DNA of 64,000 nucleotides from Nitrospirales bacterium (GTDB lineage Bacteria; Nitrospirota; Nitrospiria; Nitrospirales; UBA8639): NCBI GenBank assembly GCA_965203295.1, contig CBDBCZ010000011.1, positions 320,001 to 384,000 of the forward strand, read 5' to 3'. Shown piece by piece: positions 1 to 28,144 of this stretch (position 1 is its first letter; each line of letters starts with the position of its first letter). The notes under the pieces were generated by a model. It saw only the letters and a program-made list of their open reading frames with translations, ran no database searches and was not told where the DNA came from. The position numbers and the translations under genes were made by a program.

Positions 1-3000
1 TGAGACATCAAAACTTATCTCCTTGAGATTAACTACGCCTCCCAATCCAAATCGAGCAATCTGATTGGCTGCCTCGGCTCCCACTCGGTACGTTTGCTCG
101 ATAGCCTCGAGAGCGAGCACCGCAGCGTCAAACGGAATCTTGGCGGCATTAACGGCTCCTTTTGCGACTTCGAGAGCCAGAATGGCGGCGTCAAGTACGA
201 CTCTACTTTGATCAACTACAACTTCTGCTGCTCTTAGAGCCAAAGTGAGCGTTTCCCGTAGTGCAATACAACCAGCTCTTTCAGCTTCACAAACGAGATT
301 TGGAGCACGGAAACAGCAAGAAGAGAACGTCGGTCGAATGAGTACACATCTTCCCCACACCGTGGCTACACAGGTGGTGCCACAAGGTGCTGGAACACAT
401 ACTATAGAGGAGGAGAGTAAAGTGTTGTAATGTAGTATTTGCTACACAACTTTTAGCCCTTATTCTCAGGCTCCACTCCACTTTTTGCTCCCACACTGTT
501 TAAGAAGCTGGGGTGGAGGCTGGGAATGAGGCAGCTAGCATTTGTACAGCTATGTATTCATAGTAATGAAAGCAGTCCCGTATATTAAATTTTTGGTTGA
601 TATGTACGTTTGAAGCATTCAATACCGTAGTAAAACCACTAGAGCCATCAATGGATAGAACTCTGTTACAGTACACAACAAATGCTTAGTTTTAACAAAT
701 CACGCACCTCACTTCAAAAAATCAATTATCCAGTTATACAAATATTTTTAGTAAGCTCTTACCATCACGGCATGTTGGAGGGGTGCAAACTCCCCTTACA
801 TCTGCACGCGCTTTCTCCAGTTCTGCAACTGCATCGTCAAATTTTCGCTGGCACCTATCAAGTTCAGCTTGTGCTTCAGTGAGTTTGCGTGTTGCATCGT
901 CGAGTACGGCCTTCTTCTCGTTAACCTCACGCTGTGCAGCATCGATTGCTCTGGTTGCTTGTTCTGATGACGACCGAAGGGCATCTTCAATGATTCCTTT
1001 CACTCGATTGCACAAATCACTCTTAAATGTTCCTCGAACTCTAAAACTTGCTGATTGGATGCTTCCATACGATGCGGTGATTTCAAGGCTTGCTTGAAAG
1101 AGACTAAGCATTCTCCCTTCAATACTCATTTGGTACTGGTTATTAGTTATTCGCAGTGCGGCCTCAACCGAGATACCGAGGACTGAGACATAGCCACTGG
1201 CCTCAATGTTCACATTTGGTGGAAGTAAACCAATACTAGCGTTCAGGTAAGGTCCTGTTGATGAGTCATCCCTGGAAGCATACATCGTCAGTAGGCCATT
1301 TGCAAGGTCCAAGGGAGGCAACAGCACGACTATCTTTATCCCACTAGGAAGACCTATAGTCACATCGACTGTCGCAGTGAGTCCCAGTATGTTGAACATG
1401 CCTTTCAATCGGTAGCCTAGTGGAATGCTGAGAGGAACGTGTGGCAGTTCTTTCCCCAAGAGAGAAAACGAAGACATGAAGCCTTCTGGGAACCCTGACT
1501 CAGCCAGCGGTCTGGGAAGGCTAATATTTACACAGAATAGTTCCAGCACTGATCTAAGAGTCAACTCATCGTGTATATCGACGTAATAATAGTTTTCCTG
1601 AGGCATGTCAGCATCTATGCCGACGAACCCTGCTGCTTGTATTTGGCGACATGAAGGCTTTCCTATTTTTACCTCACCACCTACGGCTAAACCACCAGGT
1701 AAGAAGGCTAACTCCGGTTTCAGAGCAACCAGTCCCTGAAGACTACAGATGCATAGCCAGTCTGCTCCGAAAGCTCGCTCCCAGCAACCAGTCATAGTCA
1801 GTTCTAGTACTACTCCTCTAGTACCCACACTGATAACACCGTTCAAAGTTATGTCCGGATCGCTAATCTGTAAGTTACCAAAGATACCAACCTGAATCTC
1901 AGGACCAAGCACTGTCACCCCAAATCCAGCGCTTTTCAGTGTAAAAAGCGAGCCAAGGCGAATATCCGACACTCCAGCCATTAAACTGAATGATCGTGTA
2001 TTCGTTATTGTTCCCTGAAACATCAGTCTAGCATTCTGTCCGAGCAGGGTCTGTGCCACATTGCACTGGAGGTCTGAAGAGCAGTCAGTAGGCCACGTCA
2101 TCGTAGCTTGGAGGGATATACCCTTGTTTATGGAAAACCCACTTAGCTGCTCCCCCTGCAGTGTGACTCCTGGAAGGGTGACTGGAGAAATCAAGATGGC
2201 CGCTTCTAGTCGCTGGTTAAAGATTGCAATTGACCGTAGATCTAATCCACTAATGGTTTTTACAAGATCGGCTAGATTCGTCGTACCCAGCTCAAATCCC
2301 TGAACCAGTGCTGTCTGTCCTCCTTGCTTGATCATTATCATGTAGATGTACGGGCCTTCGTAACCGTTTATAACTGGGGAGCCTGACATCTGGATCTGCT
2401 GTGGTCGTGAACCAAATGAGTACGAAACACCCATGTTCTTAATGCTGAAGTCAAAGAATCCCGAAGTCATTATGATGTCACTCAGTTCATCGGGAAATAC
2501 AGCTGCTCCGAAATCTTCAATGATGTCAGTTACGTGAAGCTCAAGGATTTGGCTGGATAAGATATAGCGATTTGTACTGCTGTCTCCTTTAATCTGTACT
2601 TCAAACATCTCCGTGCCGATTTCTAAATGTCCGCTAGCTTCAACTGAGATACTTCGTGGAGCCTTTAGCATTGCATGCACACTTACGACCACGTTTCGTA
2701 TTTTGAGGAGACCATCGAAGTATGACAAAGTATTGGGAAAGCTTGCATCGATGCGGAGTTCCCTCGTAGATGTATTGATCGAAAAGCGCATTATGTTGAG
2801 GTTAAGTACATTGCTTATTCCAGGAGGTAGTGGTACTGAGTCGAGATTTACCCCCACCTGAGATAGCAGTGAACGCAGACTCACCGATCGTCCCAGTAAC
2901 ACCTCAAATGAAAACCTGCTGTTGGAATAGGACATCTTCACAGGGGCATTATTCATTGCACTCAAATGGAAGTAGGCTGTGACTCCTCCCTGTATGTAGC

Positions 3001-6000
3001 CATTGCTGAGTTGGAGCAGGGACCCGGCCTCAAAAACCCGAAGTAAGCTGGCGCTACTGATGTCAGCTGTAGAAGCGGTCACTGCCATGGTTGGCACTAC
3101 TATGGAGCCTAGGAATGGAACACCTGAGATATCAGCCCCCGTGAAATTTCGGATGAGGTCAGCAAACCTAAAGCTGGAGAATTCTGCGGCAAATGCACCG
3201 GCATACTTCGCCCCCGAATTACTTACACCTTTTTGCAAAATTATATGCACTACGTTGTTTCGACCATGTTTTCCACTTATAGAGAAGGTTGCACTTCCAC
3301 TGGTATATGTGTCTATTGCGCCAGTCACTTCTACATCTCTAAAGCTTACTGAGCTTACTGGAAGGGAAAGTCGTTTACCGGTGAGAGCCTCGATCATATC
3401 TTCGAAATTCAGACTGATCGTACCTTGAGGACCTCCTCTAACAAGCAATTGGCTGGTTTCAAGGTTATCCTCAATGGTAAAGTGTCCATTCACGTTACCG
3501 ATGCCCCAGTTTGCTGTGATCATGAAGAACTGAACACCAACGGGAGATAGAGTGGCATTGAGTGTGATGGAGACATTGCTTAGCTCAAGGATGCCAGGTA
3601 GAATGGTAAGGGTGTCTATGGCTCGGGTTGTGATGTGCAACTCAGTGCTGCTGCATGTGTATTGAATAGTTTCCACTGGAGTTTGGTTGAATGGGGCTCC
3701 AATTCCAGACGAGGCGGGGAAAAGTTCGGAAATGTATAGTGTTTGATCAGTTGGAACAGTTCCCGTAAGAACTCCTATGTTATGAGAAAGAATAACTGTG
3801 ACTAAAATTTCATGGTCACGAGGAATTATCATAAATTATTAATTTCAGAACATTATATACTTGAGACCTACAGTATTACATTATACAATGTCGTTTAAAA
3901 GGAACATGCAAATTCAAAAACAATTTGCAAATTTTGTACCCGCTATAGTTATTGATTTTGAGGTGTCTGCTAGGCAAGCATTGCGTATTTGTATTCCCAC
4001 ACAATCTTGTAAAGACAATTATATACAAGGTGCAAGAAAACCGTACCTCCTGAGGATTGGGATCTCATAAAACCACTCTCTTTTGACCTACAGACACTAA
4101 GTGGCATCCCCTATTTATGCATGTCTTTTGCTTTTGTAATTGTACCTACAATCAGAATAATACTACCATGTGTGTAGATGTGAATGATTGGGTTCTTGCT
4201 AGTTATATAGGTTGTCTCAACAACACAACTTCACTACTGCCCTCTGGTAGGCACCCTAATTATAATTGGTTGTTATTTGTTTCAAGATTGGCTGTTATTA
4301 GATTCATGTACATGGGGTATTTTACGCAAAAACACTAATACTTATCTAATGACACAATGACACAAAAACACTAATACTTATCTAATGACACAAATAATGT
4401 ATGGTGTAAAGTCCTTCCAGTCATGAAAGGCAATTAGCGTTACATGCATACTTCAAAAGGTATCAATTGTGACTATGTTTAAGACAGGAGTTACCCACCT
4501 TCAGTCTCTGACAGGTTAAGCTTCCCACTTTGCGCATGTCCTCTGAGTGTAGTGGTCATATAGTCACACAATGTGGGCTGGGTTTGTCGTTTCTTCCTGC
4601 CACCAATATAGCCTCCCGAGAGATATCTTAGCCAACGCTAAAAAAGGGAGAAAAAGGGAGATGAAGTGTATCAGATTAAACTTCATGACATGGCTAGACA
4701 GCTAGCAGGAATTTGTATAGAAAGTACGTACATGCATGCTTAATCTTTCACTGGCTTCCCTCTCGATACTGACACAACACAGCTATAGCTCTAGACACAA
4801 TATATAGCCTCTCTCCTAACCCTGACCCTAGCCCTAACCTTTACCCTAACCCTAACCCCGACCTTTGTCCTAGCCCTTGCTTAACCCTATAACAATCCCT
4901 AACCCTAATTCATGCATGAATATACTTACACAAAGTGCACTTGCAATGGAATTCCCTGGATCTCCTAAGTAGGAATAAAATTCAAGGTTTAATTTAAAGT
5001 GCATAGTATTATTGCCTACCTATATAGCTTCTAGAAGCTAGACTAAGTATTGCCTCACTCCCTCAAATAGATAGCCTCTTTCCTGCAAGCAACAGGAACT
5101 GTTCGGAGGAAAGGGGCTATCAAATAGGTGCTATGCCAGTAGAACACTACTTTGTACATGTTGTATCTTCCAAAGCCATCTTCTGAAAACTACATCGTGT
5201 GTGGAATTTGTGTTTAGATATCTAATGTTTGTGTCACTGTGTTCAAAGCGCTGTATCTTGGAACTTACATGTATGCTAAGGGCGGGGCACGAGGCTAGGC
5301 TCACATACACTTTGTAAGTGCAGAAGTTATTGATGCATGTAACTACACATTGCATATCACCCCCGCCCATAACGGAAGTTCAGTAATATAAAAGCTTGAA
5401 TGTAGTGATGCTATCGAAATTGGTGACAGAGATGTATTTGATTTGTACACTGACTGCCACGTGTGTGAAATATTGCTCTACACATTGTACCGCACATTTT
5501 GTATTGTTAATGTGGCTGACTCACTCATTTGATAAAACTGCAACCGCTCTGTATTCCTGAGGTGGAAAGTCCACCCTCCGTAGTACGCAGCATTCTCATC
5601 CTCGCAGAAGTATGGCTGGCGATGCATTCCATAGAAGAGTGCACTGTCATCGTAGATAGTTAGTTGTACGTGAGGAAACCGCTCGTGTAGACCATTGAGA
5701 TAACCATCGGGATCAGGATAGACCAGAGGATTTCTGTTGACATCCTTCATTATGCGATGAAGCAGCTCGTAGTGGCGCTGATACTGTATGTTGTATCGTC
5801 TGATAGCAGCTCTTCCCAGTTCTTCCCTTTCCCCTGCTTCTCGTTCATCCTGACAGTTGTGGGTATTAACATGTATGATCAATGGCTGGGTGTTTGGGTT
5901 ACGATCGTGGGCAATCCATATTTCACAGCCAGTCAGTTGAGAAGTGAAGAACCACTCTCCAAATGCAGCGTGGCTTAACTGCATGAACGTCCCACGGTTT

Positions 6001-6827
6001 GGTGCCCAGGGCAGAAAATGTATTTCTTGCAGTGTCTGTGGATCAATTTCCACAAGGTTTTGTGGATTGTCATGCACATACAGGTCATTGGAAGTACGGC
6101 CCTTTGCGACTTGTAAGGCAGTTGTTTGCTCAAACTCAATTGTAGTTCTTCTTTCGATACCACCATCGCGATACACTGCATCTGGATGGACTGCATTGAC
6201 AATTCTCAGATGTGGTGCCGTCTTGAGAAAAGATTGGAGTTGCTGTGGTGTAGAAGTGATTAGCAGTAACTACCTCTTCTATACCAGCTCACCATTGGTT
6301 TGCTATTACAGAGGAAATTATGAGGCAGAAATTCTGAAAGTACATTTAACACTTCATACCAGAAAAGTACTAACACATATTATTCCATTTATAGCAGACG
6401 ATCAATATATTAACTATCTATACTTGACATTAGAGTGTGATTAACATCAAGTGCCCAGTAATTGTTCATAAATTTTCTAATATCTGGTACCGTAGACCGT
6501 GTTTAATTGCACAAATTGTGAATTGGCAAAATTCATACCCAGGTTGCAACAACTTTAGTACGTCATCTAAGTTCTTAGTGAAATTTCCTGACATCTGGTA
6601 CCATAAACTGTATTTAATTGTGAGAATATACGAATTGTGAATTGCAAAATTACTACCCAAGTTGCAACAATTTTAGTATCGTAACGTCATCTAAGTTCTC
6701 AGTGAGCTAGATTTATATTGCAATGTAAAATATACACATTAGATTGTCTTACCACTCCATTGGAAGTGGAGCTCAAGAGTATAAAGCTCAGAGCAGCAGA
6801 CAGAACAACCAAGTGAAACAACTTCAT
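1..6827 (-). CDS. Large secreted AB-toxin-like protein (signal peptide, CNF1/BLF1-like catalytic domain, furin loop, beta-rich body, coiled-coil hairpin); 3' end outside window
   Basis: Manually spliced exons 6827-6753, 6242-5525, 4964-4930, 4637-4499, 3774-763 and 401-<1. All introns are GT..AG with consistent phases (0,1,0,1,1), giving one open frame of 4380 nt (1460 aa). This joins ORF-track entries 5478..6176 and 734..3832. Confidence 0.8.
763..3774 (-). CDS. 3-kb exon: repetitive beta-strand-rich domain and start of coiled coil
   Basis: Uninterrupted ORF (track 734..3832); acceptor ctttctcataacatag|GA, donor GAT G|GTAAGA. Confidence 0.85.
4815..4908. repeat. Degenerate (CCCTAA)-like telomere-type repeat tract
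   Basis: cctaaccctgaccctagccctaacctttaccctaaccctaacccc; similar tracts at 18617-18778 and 24227-24305. Confidence 0.7.
5525..6242 (-). CDS. Exon encoding CNF1/BLF1-like (LSGC-type) cysteine-hydrolase/deamidase-like domain
   Basis: Motif WFFTSQLTGCEIWIAH...LIIHVN (Cys codon 5925-5927, His codon 5871-5873). Acceptor ctaatcacttctacaccacag|CAA; donor ATG A|GTGAGT. Confidence 0.65.
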
Positions 6828-6930
6828 GATTACTCTACACGGAAAAAAGAAACACGTATTTAAATAATATACGAATTGTGAATTGCAAAATTACTACCCA
6901 AGTTGCAACAATTTTAGTACCGTAACGTCA
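6465..6930. repeat. Local ~120-bp duplications in introns of the toxin-like gene
   Basis: The block aattgtgaattg(g/c)aaaatt...cccaagttgcaacaattttagta recurs at ~6515, ~6633 and ~6873. Confidence 0.75.
6753..6827 (-). CDS. First coding exon, signal peptide MKLFHLVVLSAALSFILLSSTSNGV
   Basis: ATG at 6827, basic residue then hydrophobic core; ends GTG|GTAAGA. Preceded by a strong acceptor (tttcttttttccgtgtag), implying a 5'UTR exon; a candidate GTGAGT donor lies at ~7026. Confidence 0.8.
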
Positions 6931-7916
6931 GTAGTATTTGGCTTACAATAGCTGCTCATTTCACATTAATAATTATACATTAAGAAAAAATAGTACATTC
7001 CTCAAAGACAGCAATATGCAACTCACTGCGAACTTGGTTGGTGGCTCTTCAGAAGTACTGCAGACTTCTTGTAGATGCCGAGACGTCACTGAACGAAACA
7101 GGACTTTGGGGAACGCTCAGTAGAAGAGTAATATTTGGGCAGTAGGGCATTCACCCATTCACAACTGTTAGATGTTTGTGCAAGTGAGCGCTTTTTATTT
7201 CAAAGGCACGATGAGGAAATTGACTCACAATTTTGAATTGTGGTTGTTGATGCTTGAGTATTACACAATTTTTTTCATTTTGGTGTTACCTGTGGACAAT
7301 ATTCAAGGAAGGTCTCATGAACTTGGGTAAAATGGCAATGGATTGGGTAATTCCCAATAGTGACCTTTTCCTTTCTATGGTGTAGACACTTCTCCTGATG
7401 GCAATGTTTATCCTTCATGATGTCACTGTGCTGTTACCTGTGGAGAATATTCATGGAAGGACTCATGAATTTAGGTACTACATAAAGGATGGGTAATTGA
7501 TTAACCTTTTCCTTTCGAAAATTCTATAGTCTAGACACTCCAGAGTCCTGATAGCAGTGTTTATCTTTCATGATGTCACTATACATCATCCAGTAGATTT
7601 TGGATGATGTAAGTTGTTGAAGAATGTAAGTCTATAGATGGGAATCCCCTTTCTAGCCTGGCATACACATTGGCAAGGGTGTTTATTGTATTATTGCAGA
7701 AGAAATTCAATCCATAGATGGAAGCTAGTACAAACTGCTCATCTGGCTTTCATGCACATGTCAGTACGTGTCTGTGGACAACAACCCTTGTTAAAGTCAC
7801 GCACTAACTCCGACAGGTTTGAATTCATGGCTCTGGATAATCATAAGCTCAACCAATGCTGCAATGCAGCGAAACTAGGCCTGTACTAAAGTAATGCCTT
7901 TTGTGTTTCTGTGAGC

Positions 7917-8120
7917 TGTATATGTCATACTACTATAATACATAAGGTAGCACTATCCTAAGTGTTGTTGTATGTCATACTACTATAATACATAAGGTAG
8001 CACTATCCCAAGAGCTGTTGTATGTCATACTACTATAATACATAAGGTAGCACTATCCTAAGAGTTGTTGTATGTCATACTACTATAATACATAAGGTAA
8101 CACTATCCTAAGAGTTGTTG
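7917..8120. repeat. 50-bp tandem minisatellite, ~4 copies
   Basis: Unit tatgtcatactactataatacataaggtagcactatcctaagagttgttg starting at 7921, 7971, 8021 and 8071. Confidence 0.95.
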
Positions 8121-9134
8121 TTCTTCTGTATGACTGGTTGCATGTACATATACCAAAGTGTAATACTCATTTAGTTGCAGCCGTAAGCGCTTATGCCATT
8201 GACTGCGCACCCACATACGTACGCAGGCTAAGCTTGTAAGATCTCCAGTCAGAGGACTAGAGCACGAACAACTAGATATTTCACCATCCTTATCACCATA
8301 TAATTCCTAGTTTCCCTGATTAATAGTACAAGACTCTAAACATCCCAATTCTCGCACCCTAAATAAAGCCTGCTTGTATATATACGTTCTAAAAATTATC
8401 AAGTGTATTAAACTCTTTAAAACTCCCCCCCCCCCCCCACCAACAGATTATCTAATTCTCTCATGAAGGTACTTTAATGCTATCATATACAGGTCACTCT
8501 CATACAGAGCACATGTACGTACTACACTCTCTCGCATTCATCCCCACACGTACTTGCATGCTTATGTATGAATTTTGATGAAAGTACCTAAATGAGCAAA
8601 TTCATAACAGGGTCGACACAGTGAAACTGACGCCACCACCTGTTTACAATGTTGATGCTCATACATGTTTGTGGGTCATGACTGCATGTGTGTCATGTGT
8701 GGATGTATGTATGTGGAGGTCGCGTACTGGCTTAGGAAATTTACCTCAATGAGCAAATTTATAACAGGACACAATTAAATCGAAATACATTGAATGAGAA
8801 TTATGACATGATAAGCGTGAGTTAAGTAGCTGTACATGTATCGAATTTTGCTGGTACTTTAACCCCTCTATCCAGACCAACACTGCTATTTTTACTGTAA
8901 AGACCTAAGTGTCATTGTTTTTGCTAGCATTTAATTGGGGTATATCATTCTAGTAATGCATACTTGTCATTTGGTTTGAACAGTGTAGACTTGGCCTACA
9001 TGTACATAGACAAACTCAAAGAATGATCTTGGAATGTCATGAAGGGCAGTGGAATTGATTTATATTGGGCCAAATTCTTGCAAAAGCCTTGCTCCACAAT
9101 ATCACAACGTATGTTATGACATTTCTATCATTCT

Positions 9135-9380
9135 CCCCCCTCCTCCCCTTCCTCCTCTCTCCTCCCCTCCACTACCCTCCTCCCTCCCCCTTCCTCCCCC
9201 TTCCCCCTCCTCCTCTCTCCTCCCCTTCTCCTTCCTTCTCCCCTCCCCCTCCCCTCCTCTTCCCTCCTCCCCTTCCCTACCCCCCTCCCCCTCCTTCCCT
9301 CCTTTCTCCCTCCCCCCTCCTCCCCTCCCTCCTCCCCTCCTCCCCTCCTCCTCCCTCCTCCCCTCTCCTCCCCTCTCCTC
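9135..9380. repeat. C/T-rich low-complexity tract before a COG3 acceptor
   Basis: Nearly pure CCT/CCCCT; similar tracts at 11168-11320 and 13200-13310. Confidence 0.95.
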
Positions 9381-9384
9381 ACAG

Positions 9385-25911
<16,527 letters not shown>

Positions 25912-26057
25912 CCCCGTTGCTTATAATGTTATTGACTTGTTGCAATCATGTATACATTAGTGGTGGTTGTAATTCATGGGCATAACAACTACCTGTAGTA
26001 GTAGATAATTTATTATGCTTCTTGAGTCATACATTAATGTATGGAATCCAAATAAGT

Positions 26058-26410
26058 AATATTTATATACCAGTTTGCAGTGATTACGGGATTTAATTAG
26101 TGCGCGAGGACAATTAAGTAACGGTCGAGGGCGGATAATGCACGAGCCGAAGGCGAGTGCATTATCCGCCCGAGATCGTTACTTAATTGTCCGAGCGCAC
26201 TAATTCAAACCCGTAATCACTGCAAACTGGTATATAAAGTATTTAGTGCTCTCACTGACCTGAGACAGCCACAGATCTGTTGGGCGTTATTTAGAAAGTG
26301 TGCGTTATCTAGATAATGCACGCTTAAGTGTGCATTAAGCGATTTAATTCGCAGTCATGTGATCATTTTTGAGACTTCTGATTCGTCGAAGGTCACGTGA
26401 GTAGCACTAA
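26058..26410. mobile_element. Hairpin-ended non-autonomous element
   Basis: ~90-bp arms around a CGAGCCGAAGGCGAG core (26058-26243) plus a tail. A second, diverged copy lies at ~37327-37530 and ~38000-38095. Confidence 0.8.
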
Positions 26411-27936
26411 CAGTATATACATTGCCTAGATATTGAGTTAGCAGCAGACACATACGTGGACACTTAAAATTGTCTAGCAAAAAGTATGAGATACTCCATA
26501 TTGCCAAGCAATAATGCAAAGATAGTGAATGGCCTGTTCGTCAAGCCACCCACTATCATTTGCGAAATACTACACAGTGGCACTTTGAGTGTACAATAAA
26601 TATTGAGAAAAATTTCCAACATTAAGTGTGAGAATAAGTTACATAGATACAGTAGGAATTTAGAAGAATGACGTACGTACGTATGACCTATAAATGTGTT
26701 TGATAGTGGTCTGATATGATCCAATTGCAGTGCATGCATACTGGCTACAAATTCTTTTCTATAGTAGTGTTGGTTATATACTACCTCCTTGACACCAGGA
26801 TTCAGATACTACAATGACAGACATGTCTCACCACACCATATATAGAGTAAGGATGCACCAGCCATTGTTCTCACTAGGCTTCTACAGGTACTAAAAAACA
26901 TGCACTATTTAGCATTTGGGCTTCTGTGGTCCAAAATGTATCCTTTTGGTTATAATACTTTAGTGCACTTCACTTTTGTCGCAAATCTTGTAAGAAGTCT
27001 GTCGTCAGCCTCATACTTGCATATTTGGTTCTCTCCCAGCCTCACACTGTGTTGTCACTGTCGCAGTGAGTGGCTGACTCCCATGGCACTCGTTGTGTTG
27101 TACTTGGCCAGTGCTGATTAATATTTGAATAACAGAAGCATGATTGTTACAATAGAGGAGGAAATCACCAGTTAATCACAGAATATATCACTGCAAAAAA
27201 TAGAAGGGTTAGTTTAGTCTAGCCATATATACTTATCCCAGTTACAGCTATATACATTATGCGTGCACTTGAGTGGGAATTAATTAAACTTGTAAAATGT
27301 ACAAGTTTAATTCCCACTTAAATGCACGCATAATGTAGCTGCAACTGGGTTATATAACTATATTATGGCTAGGCTAAACTAACCCTTCTATTTGCGACTG
27401 TAATGCCAACTTCTGAGACACAGGCAAACATACAGCCGGTTGTAGAATCATCTGTACACAGCCAGATAGTCTACTTAATAAGAAATTAGTACCTGTAACA
27501 GTATACACAGTCCATGCTGTCTAAATTCCCTCATAGGAAGCTTGTAGCTATATAGCTTATCTCTTTGGAATGTAATACCCAGTAGTCTATCTTCCTACAA
27601 GGGAAGTTAGTCTAGACTGAATGGGCTGTATACAGCTTCCTATGAAGGAAGTTAGACTGAATGGGCTGTGTACAGCTAGAATATGAGGGAAGTTCGATTA
27701 TCTGGCTGCGTACAGATAATTTTACAACCTGCAGTCTCCATACGCCTGTGTCCTTTTTCCTAACATTGGAGATATAGTCACCTTTTCAGTCCCATGCACT
27801 CAAAATGCACAATAGTGAGATCAACTGGGATAACCATGGCTAGGTTAAACTATATAACCCCTCTTTCTTCAGTGATATACTATAGAAAAATGGAATCAGC
27901 TGTTATTGCAAAGGCAGCTATTCAATATCAGTATTG

Positions 27937-28144
27937 CAGGGTTCTGCCTAGGAGACATTGAGTGGTGGTCAAAATTCAATCTCCAAGACACTTCTATATA
28001 GCTAACGGACTTTCTCCCTGTTAAAAATACTGTAAATAGAGTTAAACATTAGCTAAGTGGTAGCAAAAAATGCTTGAGTAGTGGTCAAAAAGACTGAGTG
28101 GTGGTTTGTCCCGATCACTGCCGACCAGTGTGGGCAGAACCCTG
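27937..28144. mobile_element. 208-bp MITE with 12-bp TIR and 6-bp TSD
   Basis: TIR cagggttctgcc / ggcagaaccctg, flanked on both sides by GTATTG (27931-27936 and 28145-28150). Confidence 0.85.

Noticed and set aside
783..3428. Plus-strand ORFs overlapping the large exon
   Set aside because: Antisense shadows of the long minus-strand coding exon.
3775..3832. ORF-track start MIIPRDHEIL... for the 1032-aa ORF
   Set aside because: A good acceptor at 3775/3774 and phase-compatible upstream exons indicate this part is intron; the ORF tail after 763 is likewise intronic.
5131..5370. 79-aa ORF as an extra exon of the toxin-like gene
   Set aside because: Its open frame needs a phase-0 junction, which is incompatible with the strong phase-1 donor at 5525; the model is complete without it.
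7917..8120. CRISPR-like periodicity
   Set aside because: Head-to-tail near-identical 50-bp units with no unique spacers and no cas genes; eukaryotic context.
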